Source: Eledone cirrhosa (taxonomy: Eukaryota). Taken from it: a DNA stretch of 64,000 bases. Below, in pieces: positions 25,227 through 37,521 of the stretch (positions are counted from its first letter, which is position 1; the number at the start of each line of letters is the position of its first letter). The DNA lies in assembly GCA_964016885.1 (NCBI GenBank), contig OZ024743.1, forward strand, positions 371,628,001 to 371,692,000, written 5' to 3'. A program made the position numbers and the translations under genes. Below the pieces are notes generated by a model. The model worked only from the letters and a program-made list of their open reading frames with translations, was not told the origin of the DNA and made no database searches.

Positions 25227-28200
25227 TAGGTACTTCTCCTATAGTTGCCGTAGGAGGAAGAGAGCATCCGTGGTACTTTTACTGGGCACAAACCCAAACT
25301 GCATTTCATCTTGATCAATTCGGTCTCTAATCAGGTGTGCAATAACTCTTTCTGTGACCTTCATGACCTGGTCAACTAACTTAATGCTTCTATAGTTTTC
25401 TCCATCTAGAGCATCTCCTTTGTCCTTGTAGCAGTTAACAATGATGATGCTACGCCTGTCATTTGGTATGACCTCATTCTGTATTACTTGGTTTACTATC
25501 CAGGTGACCATAGTATGTCCCACCATTCCAGATGCTTTCAACATTTCAGCTGCCTTACCTGTCTTCATATCTTTCATTGCCTTACTTATTATCGCTAACT
25601 TGCATCGCTGGTCCCTCTGTTGGATCAACTTGGGGCAAACTATCTTTATCCCATTCATTCTCCTCATTCAATTGTCTCTCATAGTGGCACTTCCATGCTA
25701 CCTTCTTATCAGTATCAGTGAGAGCAATTACACCATTATCATTACAGATGCATTTCTCCCTGACAACATCAGAGTTTTCCTTGACACATTGCCTTGCAAT
25801 CCTGAACACCTCATGTTTTTGGTCCTCGCATTGTAGAACATGCTTGAACTTTCTATCCTCTGCTTCCCTTCTTGCAAAGTACACTTGTCGCCTAGCTTCT
25901 CTCCTAGCCACCTAGTAGTCTTCTCTACTTCCCCCATCTCGCCATTCTTTCCAAGCCCATCTTTTGGCCTTAATTGTCTCCTCCACCCTACTGTTCTACC
26001 ACCAAATCGCTCCTCCTTTCTAAAGGTCTGCTCCAGCCACAGATTTCATCAGTCACCTTCAGTAGGTTAACTTTCAGGAATACCCACTGCTCCTCTATAT
26101 TGTATACCTCTAATTGCTCTTCCTTACTGTCGACAGCATCAAGTAATATGCTTTTAAATTTGTTACTGGCTGTGTGGTCCTTCAACTTCCACATTCTTCT
26201 CCTCAAGGTTGTCCTCTGCCGTCGAGTCGTCTAGCCCTGACTATGAGGCGATGTTGGGAGGTGCATTCTTCACGGGGGAGGGATTTAGTGTTACAACAGA
26301 CACTGTCTCATCTTCTATCTGACTGGTGTGTTCCCCTGATCTATAGGTGATCAAGTGATTGTCTCGCTTTTTGAAGTTTGTGTCACAGAATTCCAGGATT
26401 CTAAAGCCTTCCTCATTTCTAGTACCAAACCCATAACATCCGTGGATCCCTTCATAGCCATCACAATGTTGTCCAACATGCCCATTAAGGTCGCCAGCAA
26501 TAATTATGTCGTCACTGTCAGTTATTTGGAAAGTAGTGAGCATTAGCGACTCATAGAACATGTCTTTTATAATGTCAGGTAGGCCAGATTGGGGTGCATA
26601 AGCGGATATTATTGACAGTTATTCTATTTAGAACTAGTCTAATTTTAATGATTCTGTCATTCACTCTATTTACGGCAATTACCTTATCTACCCATTTTTC
26701 TAACATAATTCTTACTCCACCCAGCCTGTTATGATTTCCCATCCAGAAAAGTTTAAAGCATCCTTTTTTGCCCATAATGAATCTAGCAGACCCACCCCCT
26801 CCACCTATTCTCTTGAACACAACAAACATCAATTTTCTTACGTTCAAGCATCTCTACAACCTCATTTGATGAACCTTTCAATGTTCCTACGTTCATGCTA
26901 CCAACTCTGAAGTATTGGAGTTCGCTGGAAGGGAGGAAGGAATGGGATAAAGGCCCAGGAAGCGGTGCGGGAGACGGATTTATGTTAGTCTTCCATGCTT
27001 GACATAAAGAGGGGTGCTTGCGTGCTTGTCCGGAGATGGGAGGTGAATTCATTTTTGTCATTGTGAGTACTCATACTCTCCATCTCTATAGTCCATTAAT
27101 TATACAAAACAACCAGATCTATGCTTAAGAAATAGTAGCTGAAGTGGTGGCTTTCCGATAGAGATTTGTGTTACTGAAGCCTTACTACGAACCACTGAGT
27201 TTTGATTGGACCAAATAACTATAGTGGTGCATGGGAGTAGGCGGGAGGTCAATGGGTGACTTTAGGAGATGAAAGCATGATATTTTCAATTGTGGAAAAT
27301 AAATAATAACAATATGAACAAAACAAAATCAGCCTAAAAGAGAACTTAGGGCAAATATTTCCAACAAAAACGGAAGATAAAGAAATATGACCAAACGAAC
27401 TAGACAGAGAAAGAGAGAGAGAGAGAGATGTAAAGGGATTGTATTATACATACACCTCAGGCCGACAGAAGTGTCAGATGAATCAAGAAAGATCTATGTG
27501 AGTGAAATATAAATATACATATTTGCAGTCACATAATGAATGAGAGAGGGGAAAATACAGAGATGTGAGAGGAGAAATGGAAGCAGGATATTTTCAATCG
27601 TGGGAAATAATAAATAATAAAAATCATCATCATCATCATCATTTTACGTCTGCTTTTCCCTGCTTGCAAGGGTGGGATGGGTCCTCTTCAGCACATCTCT
27701 CCATTCATCACGGTCCCTCATCATCTCCTCTGTGAGCTTCAGTGATCTGAGGTCAGCTCTCACGACCTCTGCCTATGTTTTTCGTGGTCTTCCGCTAATG
27801 CGTCTTCCGCCGGGATTTCTCGTCACTTCTTCACCTAACGGTCATCTTCCATGTGCATCACATGTCCATACCAACACAGTCTCTCTCCCGCACACTACAG
27901 TTTATCATTCTCAACTCGTCTATGCTTAGTCGTTCACGTACATTGACATTGCACATCCATCGGAGCATGCTTGCTTCATTTCTCTCCAGCCTTCGCATAC
28001 CCTCTGCAGTTGCTGCCCATGTCTCACTACCATGAAGCATCGCGCATCTCACACAGGCATCATACAACCGACCTTGTGTTTGTAGGGAGAAACCCTTCGT
28101 TGTCAACAGAGGAAGCAGCTTCTTAAACTTCTTCCATCCTGTCCTTATTCTAGATACTATGGCCTCAGAGCATCCTCCACCTTTGCTAATTTGATAACCT

Positions 28201-28932
28201 ACATATCAGAAGCTATCAACCACCTCTATAGATCCTACCTGCATTTGTAAAATGTGCCTATGACTGACACTTCTATCAATTTTTACTGAACATCTACTAC
28301 ATATGAAGTTTTCCCTTCCTATTAGTTTTGTAGTAAGCAAAGGCACTACTTACTGTGGCAGAACAATTGGGTTGCGCTTGGTAAGTTGCCAGGCCTATAA
28401 GTCAGCAGCATAGAAATACCAGGCAATGATTTCTGCCCAGCAAACAAATTCACGCCTTTTTTCACTTCTAGACAGTTCCAGCTTCATTCTCATACAAACA
28501 GGACATTACTAAATAAAATCCCTGGAGCGACTGGCAAGATGAAGCATTTACCAAGGGACTTTGGCCCTATGGGCCCAGCAACCTCCTACCTAGATATATG
28601 CCACAATAGCGCCTAACATCTATTGTAATTGTTGTATTCCTCTCGGTACTCGCAGAGAAAACAACGAGTTATATCAAATAATTTGTGTAATTTGCGAAAC
28701 AACCAAAACGCCTCTCCTCGCAGTAGCAGAATAACAAAGTAAGCCAGTCAGTCTGTGAGTTTTTAATACCAACGCTGACTGACTGCCCAGGTCACGTGAT
28801 TCATATGCAAATGTGTGAGCACGTGTAAATTGAACAAATCGAATTTAACAGTCCATACAACAATGAGGTTGTGAGTTCGATTCACAGTCCATACAACACC
28901 TCCCCACCGAAATTGATGCGACAAAAGAAGCA

Positions 28933-31900
28933 TCAACAGCAAAGTCTCTCTGGGGGTTTACGAGTTCTCTTGGACCGTCTTCGATTGTCTGGTCCATACT
29001 CTGGAACGGGCAACAAGGTCTTGGGTCTGGTCTGTCTTGGAGTTAGTGGCACGATTTCCGAGATCTCCATCGGGTGATCTGTTGCAAATTCAAAAACAGT
29101 GTCTACTGCATCACCAGGTTCATTGTCTTCCTCAGTAGTGTACCGCGGTTGCAGCTGTTCCCAGTGTCGTCTCCACACCGGGCCATGAGGTATGACCTTA
29201 ACGTTGAAGCAGCGAGTACCCAATGACTTCTTAATGATTGCTGGTACCCATCGGGGATCTTTCTCTCGGCGAGGTCCGTAGTACAGTGCATACACAGGAT
29301 CTCCAGCCTTGTACTGCCTGGTAACCTTAGCGACACCTGCCCAGTCCGGAGTCATCTGAGACTTATATGCTTCCTTAGACTGCTTGCCTTGAGCGATGTG
29401 TGCTGGCGAGGGCAGCAGAGAATCAATCTTTGTCCGTATCTGCCGGTGATTCAAAAGTTCACTCGGGAGAATCCACTGGATGTCGGTGTTCTCCGGTACT
29501 GCATCAAGAACTCTTGAAGTGCTCGCTTCGGCGGAAGAGAAGTCTTCCTCAGAGCTTGTTTGAAGGTCTGCACCAAACGTTCCGCTGCTCCGTTAGTAGC
29601 TGGGTGGTAAGGTGCCCCTGTCAGGTGCGTGATCCCACATTCTTTGCACCAGCTCTGGAACTCCTCAGAAATAAAAGTCGGTGCGTTATCGGTGACTAGC
29701 GTGTGAGGAAATCCGAAGTGCGCAAAGTCTTCTTCAAGCAGATCTAAAGTGGCTCTGGAGGACGTGGATGACGTAGGATGAATGCATGGATACTTGGAAT
29801 AAGCATCCGTGATCACCAACCAATTACTGCCCATGAAATTTATTGCGTGGTCCAGGTGTAAGCGGCTCCACGGCTTTTCAGGTAACATCCATGGGTGAAC
29901 TGGAGACTTGGATGGCTGGTTTTGATGTTCACCACACGAATCACATTGTCGACTGGTTTTCTTTATAGCAGCATCGATACCAGGCCAATAAACAGCAGTT
30001 CTTGCCAATTGTTTCATGCGCTCCATGCCAAAGTGTCCGAGATGCAGAAGATTGAGGATCTTTGGCTGTAAGCTATGTGGAATCACAACTCTCGATCCAT
30101 GGATAAGGCATCCGTGGCAGATACTGAGTGAATCCGATAACTTCCGGAACTTATTGACTTCGTCATTGATCTCAGTATTCTTTGGTGGCCAGCCTTCACG
30201 GACGTAGCGTATCACTGTAGATATCACTGGATCTTTCCCCGACTCTTGGCGGAGGACGTTAGAATCGATAGGTTGGACTTGAAGACAGAGCTTTGATGGT
30301 GCACACCATGTCCATGTCTTCACCATTTTCCTTCCTGTCAAAGTCGATGTCATTACCAAATGGCAAGCGACTGAGGGCATCTGCATTGCCATGATCCGCT
30401 GTTCTCCGATATTCGATGGTGTAGTCAAACTGGTTCAGCCACAGGGCCCACCGTGCTAGTCGGTTAGCAGCGAGAAGTGGCGTCCCTTTCCTCGGACTGA
30501 ACAGTGATGTCAGTGGCTTGTGGTCAGTTACGAGTATAAACTGATGTCCGTACAGATACTGATAGAACTTCTGCAAGCCAAATATGATGGCCAGGGCTTC
30601 CTTTTGAATTTGGCCGTAGTTACGCTGTGCAGAAGTAAGAGTCTTGGACACATTGGATATTGGGCGCTCGCTTCCATCAGGATAGCGATGAAACAGGACT
30701 GCTCCAATACCAACGTTTGACGCGTCGCAAGCCAGTCCCAAAGTTTTGTTTGGATCGAAGTGTATCAGAACTCGATCCGATGAAAGCACATTTTTCAACT
30801 GATCGAAAGCTGACTGTTCTTCATCTCCCCACTTCCAAGTAGTCGTTTTTTCGTAAGGCAATAGAGTGGCTCTGCCATGCTGCCCAGGTTTGGGATAAAC
30901 TTTCCATAGAACTGAACTGAACCCAGGAAAGACTTCAAGCTTGAGACGTTCGTTGGATGTGGCATCTTTAAAACTGCTTCGACCTTGGATCCCTTCGCGA
31001 TCCCTTCAGCCGACAAGGTGTGTCCAAGGTATTCCACACTGAGTAGTGCAAACTGGCACTTGTCACGGCGACATCTGAGTCCTTTGTCGCACAGACGTGT
31101 GAGCAGACACTTTAGGTTGTTCAGGTGATCGTTTGCATCTTTCCCACTGACGAGCATGTCGTCCTGGAAGACGGCCACACCAGGTAGATCTTGAGTCAGG
31201 TTTTCCATGATCTCCTGAAAGTAACCAGGTGCTGATTTGATTCCGAAAGGGAGTCGTTCCTGCAGGAGCACCCCACGGTGAGTGCAAGCCTGCGTTGACT
31301 TTCTGGAGCCAGCTTGATCTGATTATAGGCATCAGCAAGATCAATCTTTGTGTATCCGAATCCACCTCCGAGCTTCTGCATCAGTTCCTCTGGGAGTGGC
31401 ATTGGATGACGATGATCTGCAAGTTGGTCATTAATTCCCACAGAGTTTTCACCACAAATCCGTAGTTTGGGCTTCAGGTTGCCTGAAGTATGTGCTTTAC
31501 GAATCGGTACTACTGGCGTTCCGTATTCGTTGAAATGTACTGGCTTCCAGATTCCTTTGGCGATGCCTTCTTCGTAACCTTTGGCCAGGTCATCACGAAG
31601 AGCAAACGGGACCGGGCGTGCCTTGTGAAAGACCGGTGTTGCGTCCGACTTGAACTTCACTTCCAGTTCGAAGTCATTAAGACATCCCAATTCTTGCTTG
31701 AAGAGATCTGGGAATTCATCACACATGTTGTGACAATCTCGTTGCATGGAAATATAGGGCTCATTTGAGGTCTTTAGATGCATCACTTCTGCACCCTCAC
31801 TCTTGGCCTGGTTGTCTATGCTTTTCAATCCTAGAGCATTGTCTACGGAAATTCCCAGAGTCTGGATAGCGTTTCGTCCCAGCAAATTAAGATCAGGGAT

Positions 31901-32384
31901 CTTGGTGACGATGTAGGGTATTGAATTCCGTTTACCGGTCGTTGGATCCTTGGTTTGGCCCATGAAAGTTCCCAGAACGGGCAGGTCGTGCTTGCTGGCA
32001 GATTCAAACCGATGTTTGACATCTTGCAGCTTCGGTTTTCCTAATTGTTTCCAAACTGACAAGGAAACAAAATTGCCTGTAGTAGCTGTGTCCAATTCCA
32101 TTGTGAAAAGTCTGTTCTGGATTGTTATTGGCACATTCAAACTATGAGTATCGTGGGGAACTTCACCAAGGATCGCCTTGACTAGCTCAGCTTTGGTGAT
32201 TCTTTTCACGTAATTCTGTGAGCGATGATTACGTTGCTGATGTTTCTTTCTGCACACCGCTTGCAAATGGCCCTTTTTGTCACAAAAATGACATTTGGCT
32301 TCTTTGAAGGGGCAGTCTGTCGCTTTGTGGGCCTTTCCACATCGGTAGCACATCTCCTGGTCTGTGGAATAAGACTGATAGTTC
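28933..32384 (-). pseudogene. pol: Gag C-terminus and Pol of Gypsy D, frameshifted
   Basis: Twin CCHC knuckles (CYRCGKAH..C, CHFCDKKGH..C), LDTAT, FQDDML, CDASNVGIGAVL, HLGHFG, PWSRLHLD and HPATNGAAER. Confidence 0.92.
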
Positions 32385-35300
32385 TTTAGGAAATTAGTAT
32401 CGGTGTACGTACAACATAATATAAAAGACAGTAAATACCGGAGTGTGTGTTATAATAAAGTTTTTACTTCTTGGAAGTCAAAGGCATTAAATATAAGGAT
32501 TTGTTACCCGATGGTCATGATACAAGGCTGGAGTTGGTAGAGAAAAGAAGAGATCTTTTCTAGCTGGTATTGACATCTTCGGCTCTCATCTCAGGCTGCA
32601 AGTTGCATTGTTCTTGGTAACGAAAGGGTCATCAAGAAAGAATCATCGCCAGCTAAGGTCGCAGGTGTTACCACTTCAGGAATCAGGAGGCAAGAGAGAG
32701 ATTTCGTGGTAAACTACTCCTTTTATATCTGTTGACCGAAGTGACCAACAGAGAGTCTGCCAATCCCAAAGGGAAGCAACTCCACCTACTTCCTGTCTAG
32801 AGAGCGGTGATGAGATTGTCATGGCAAGGGAGGCAACTCTTGCTACATTGTCCCCCGCCAGATTTTTAAAACATAAAAATCGAAAGAAGCATGCATGGAG
32901 TAAGATGGCGAGCATGTAAGAGGCATGAAAATTATGGTACAAAGTAATGAAAGTAAGAGAAGAGGTCAAAAGTTCAAATATCTAAAATACAATTAACATG
33001 TGTGCAGTCACATGACAGCAGTAAAGAGTGTGTTCCAGAGAATGAATGCAGGTGGTTTCTGGTCTGTGGTATAACATGAAATTTCCAACTTCCGAAGGGA
33101 ATTTCTCACAGGCAGAGTGCTGCAGAAATAAATTGTCTGGCTTGTTCTGCTGGTTTTAGTTGTTGATGAAGCTGTGTTGTTGTCGATGTTGTGAATGCGT
33201 TGACCTGGAAGGGTCAAGAGGCCAGCGACCAGAGAAATAAGCATTCTTAATAAATGCGCGGTTTTCAACGGCAAATTTACGTGGTAAATTTATAAACCGG
33301 CAAATAGAAGAATATAGCTTAAAATGTTCGTTGTAAAGGAAACGAAAAACATATATATACATCCAGTGAAATGGTAATGAGAGGTACATTGTAATACAAT
33401 AAATCAATAAATAACAAGAACAGCAAGAAAAAAAAATATAAGGCTCCAATGGCCAGTTCACATAAAAATAGTTTGGCAGAACTTTTTGGGCCAGTGGACT
33501 CTCCGACCGGAACGGGTCGTAGTCTTGTATGTAGGTGAAGGTGGAGCAGAAGGAGCAGGTGTATGCACAAGAGAGAAAGATTGGGGTATTTGTGGCTCGG
33601 GTGTATGAGCGTCATTGTGCGCCCTTTTTAGTCAGGATGATAGGCTGTGGTCCGAATCCATTGAGCTCCAATTATTTTTGTGAGCTCAGAGAAAAGATGG
33701 GACTCGAATTGTCTACCGCAGTCTGTGGTGAGTGTAGTTGGTACCCCAAAGCGGGTAATCCACCCTGATACCAGGGCACGTGCTACAGTCACAGCAGTCA
33801 TGTCTTGTAAAGGGATGGCTTCAGGCCATCGCGAAAAACGATCGACACACGTCAATATGTAGGAATATCCACTGCTGAATGGCCAAGGTCCAACGATGTC
33901 AATGTGGATGTGTTGGAACCGAACATCTGGAGTACTGAAAGTACCAAGTGGAGTCCGGATGTGTCTATGGATCTTCGATTTCTGGCAAGCGATACAGGAA
34001 CGGCACCAAGCAGCAATGTCGCGCCTCATATTTGGCCAGAAGAATCTGGCTGTTATGAGTTTAACTGTGGCAGCAAATCCTGGATGAGAAATGTTGTGCA
34101 AAGCCAGGAACACAATTCGACGGTGAGTCTCAGGAACAAGTGGTCGTGGTGCATCAGTGGATACATCGCATAGAATCTGCCTGTCGGTGGTGGACAAGGG
34201 CAGATATTTGAAAATGCAAGTCGCAAATTCAGTAGAAAGAGTGTCCAACGATTGGAGTGCAGGTTGGTCTGCAGCTAAACGACCTAAGTCGATCTCCTGG
34301 GATGACGAGATGGAGCTAATTGGCAAACGTGATAATGCGTCTGCAACTATGTTGTGCGAGCCGGCAATGTGCTGGATATCGTTTGTAAATTGTGAAACGT
34401 AGTCCAGGTGCCTTTTCTCTCTGGGCGAATATCTGTCGGCTTTGGCCCTCAAAGCGAAGGTCAACGGTTTGTGGTCGGTAAAAACCGTAACATTTCTCCC
34501 CTCAAGAATATGAGAGAAATGTTTCACCGACAGATATATGGCTAATAATTCCCGCCCAAACGTGCTATAACGCATTTCTGCTGGTTTCAACTTCCTCGAG
34601 AAAAATGCCAAAGGTTGTTGGTTTTCAGCGGTATCAGATGCATCAACACAAAACGAAAGCTTGGCCTCTGGTACCGGGTGGGCTAGCAAAGAAGAACTAG
34701 CGGGTGCTGTCTTGGCAGACTGGAAGTCCTGAAGCTGTCCTTGTGTCAAGGAAATGTCTTCATTCTTCTTACGACGATTTTTTAAAATGTCAGTAAGGGA
34801 AGATAGCCAATAAGCACAATGAAGAATGAAACTCCTATAGAAATTGATTAGGCCAAAGAAGTGACGGAACTGGTGAAGTGTAGTAGGCGGATGTAACTCC
34901 TGTATTGCTTGAACTCGCTGAGGGAGCGGCCTAATACCTTCGGCGTCGATGAGGTGGCCTAAAAAATGTAGGGAAGTGGAACCGAAAACACACTTTGCAG
35001 GATTCACGCGAACGCGGTAATCCTGAAGTCACCGAAGTAAGAGAAGCATGTGGCGCATATGCTCTTCCAGAGAGGAACTAGCGACGAGAATATCGTCTAT
35101 GTAAGCATAGACGAAGTCCAGACCACGCGTGACCTCGTCTATGAACCGCTGAAAAGTGCTAGCGGCGTTCCTGAGTCCGAAAGGCATGGTCAAAAATTCG
35201 AATGATCCGAAAGGGGTTGTAATCGCCGTTTTCGGAATATCCTCCTTCCTAACTGGAATTTGGTGGTAGGCTCGCACTAAATCTAACTTAGAAAAAATCT

Positions 35301-37521
35301 TACACCCCTGCAGTGAAGATGCAAAATCGTGGAGATGGGGAATGGGATACCTATCCGGGACGGTCATGGCATTTAACCTCCTATAATCCCCAGTGGGTCT
35401 CCAGTCGCCGGAAGTCTTGGGCACCATGTGTAACGGTGAAGCCCAAGTACTCGTAGATGGGCGAATAATGCCCAGCTGCAGCATATGGTCGAAATCGGAC
35501 CGTGCTGCCTTTAATTTTTCCGTCGGTAAGCGGCGTGGACGCGAAAACACTGGGGCACCGGTGGTGGAAACGAAATGTTGGGTCAGCGACTCGAAAATTT
35601 CCATCTGTGAGCTCCGGGAAAGAACCCAGCAACGCAAGGTAGGCGTCTCCAGCGGCAGCGATAAAGAACATGGGGCTGACTATTGGGGCATTGGCTTCCT
35701 GGCCATGAATTGAAAAGCCGGTGATGTTATCCACCAGGCGTTGGCCACGGACGTCCACAGTTAAAGAGAAGTTGTGGAGGAAATCCGCTCCTAAGATGGG
35801 ATATGGCAAATCGGCAACCGTAAAAATCCACTTAAAATCTATGAAGATTTAGGAATTTAAGAGGGAGCGAGATTTGCCCGTACGTCTTTATAGACGAGTG
35901 GTTAACTGCCTGCAGCGTAACAGATGACTCTATGGGGGTATCTTTCAGGCAATGGACCGGCCAGATACTACAGGAGGCTCCTGTATCCACGAGGAAACCT
36001 CTTCCGGACATTAGGTCCTTAATGAAGACATGGCGGTTTGGTGGCTTTATGTTGAGGTCATCTGTCCCCATCAGAGGACCTCTTATGCGTTTCCCGCCTT
36101 ATGATAGGATCAAGGTTGCACGCAGTGCTTCGCGTTCTCAGCAAATCGCTCGTGGTACCAGCATAGAGATGAAGCTGGTGATTTAGAACGCCGTCTAAAA
36201 CTTTGCGATCTCCCACGACTGCGGGGGCGCGAACAGCCACCACACAGGGCCTTCATCTTGTGGAGCTCTATGGTGAGCTCCTGAATGGACCTTTGCATCG
36301 CTATAATAGTCGAGCTGTCTGTTGGCGCTGCCGCGTAGATCGCATGGCCGTGTGTGGCCCGAGTTGGGTGGTGAACAGCGGCAAGGGGGTCGCTGCCTCC
36401 GGCATTCGTCACCTCGAAAATTTTGTCCGCAGATGCGGCAAGCTGCTCAACCATGCTTGTATCCCTCATGGGGGCCAAAATTGCCTGTACGTTGGTCGGC
36501 AGGCGCGAAAAGAACTGCTTCAGCAGGACAGTTTCCGCTGCAGACCCCCCCCCCCCGTTAGGTCCTTCATTCGCCTAAGGAGGTTCGATGGGGTGCCATC
36601 CCCTATGTGCTCCAGATGGACCAGAGCCCTAAATCTCTTTTCTGAAGACTGTTCCGTCCGGCTTAATATTTCAGCCTTCAGAGACGTGTACGACGAGTCT
36701 GTGGTTGCCTCTAACACGAGGTCCTTAACCGTCTGGAGAATTGCCGGCGGAATTGCGCTAAGGACCACAGAATGTTGTAGATCCTCGTCAACTCTGTTCC
36801 CCCTGAAGAATGCTTCTAACTGAGAACCACAGCCTCACGTCGCCAGTGTACGTTGGCAGAACAGAGTGGGAAGCCATTGGGATACCACAGGCAATCTACC
36901 GTTTGGAAAAATGTCTAACGTAACAGAAAAGGAAAACAAAATTATTCCGTCAGATCACTGGACCGGAAAAATAATGCATCCGGGACGATATGCGAACAAG
37001 CGATTAATTGAATGCTGTTATACTAAGGTAAGGGCAAGGAACCTTAAAAAAAAAAATCAAAAAAAAAAATCCAACATGGTGGACTATTTCGCGCCAAAAA
37101 ACACTATTGATGGAGAAGAGAGACTCCATCTTGTCATCCTCAGAAATTTTTAGCCAGAGAAGCGAAGGGCAGAAAAGGAAAGAAAACAAAAGGCAAAAAC
37201 ATTTATACAATTGCAGTTTGTCTGTCTCAATAATTGTAGGTGTTCGTTTTGTATTAAATTGTCTCTCTTTTTTTTTAATATCATATTAAATACACCGTAT
37301 ACCATTTCCCATTCTTTTTTTTTAAATCACGTCGGGGTCACCACTTTAGGAAATTAGTATCGGTGTACATACAACATAATATAAAAGACAGTAAATACCG
37401 GAGTGTGTGTTATAATAAAGTTTTTACTTCATGGAAGTCAAAGGCATTAATATAAGGATTTGTTACCCGATGGTCATGATACAAGGCTGGAGTTGGTAGA
37501 GAAAAGAAGAGATCTTTTCTA
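32385..37521 (-). mobile_element. Gypsy B (CsRn1 clade, close relative of A), inserted in the gag of D
   Basis: 3' LTR at 32385-32847 (TGTAG...CTAAA on minus); truncated 5' LTR at 37345-37521; tRNA-Trp PBS at 37326-37343; gag/pol closely match A; about 470 bp of the integrase C-terminal region is deleted at 33630. Confidence 0.93.
33008..33244 (-). CDS. Small ORF (78 aa from ATG) between pol and the 3' LTR of Gypsy B, function unknown
   Basis: Open frame MLISLVAGLLTLPGQ...FILWNTLFTAVM; the equivalent region is absent from Gypsy A. Confidence 0.3.
   Translation of the reverse strand: MLISLVAGLLTLPGQRIHNIDNNTASSTTKTSRTSQTIYFCSTLPVRNSLRKLEISCYTTDQKPPAFILWNTLFTAVM

Larger units (their letters stand above)
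20895..27100 (-). mobile_element. Near full-length RTE LINE (APE endonuclease and RT), split by a pogo transposon
   Basis: VGSMNVGTL, CVQENRW, GDLNGHVG, QFGFVPSKSTTDA, LHGSETW and GRPRKTW; coding continuity EKYL|AKSK across the insertion. Confidence 0.9.

Noticed and set aside
33008-33274. DIRS tyrosine recombinase fragment (GQR motif)
   Set aside because: The resemblance is limited to a few residues, with no H-x-x-R or catalytic Tyr region and no DIRS structure.
37326-37343. tRNA-Trp sequence
   Set aside because: Only the 18-nt 3' end next to an LTR; it is a primer-binding site.
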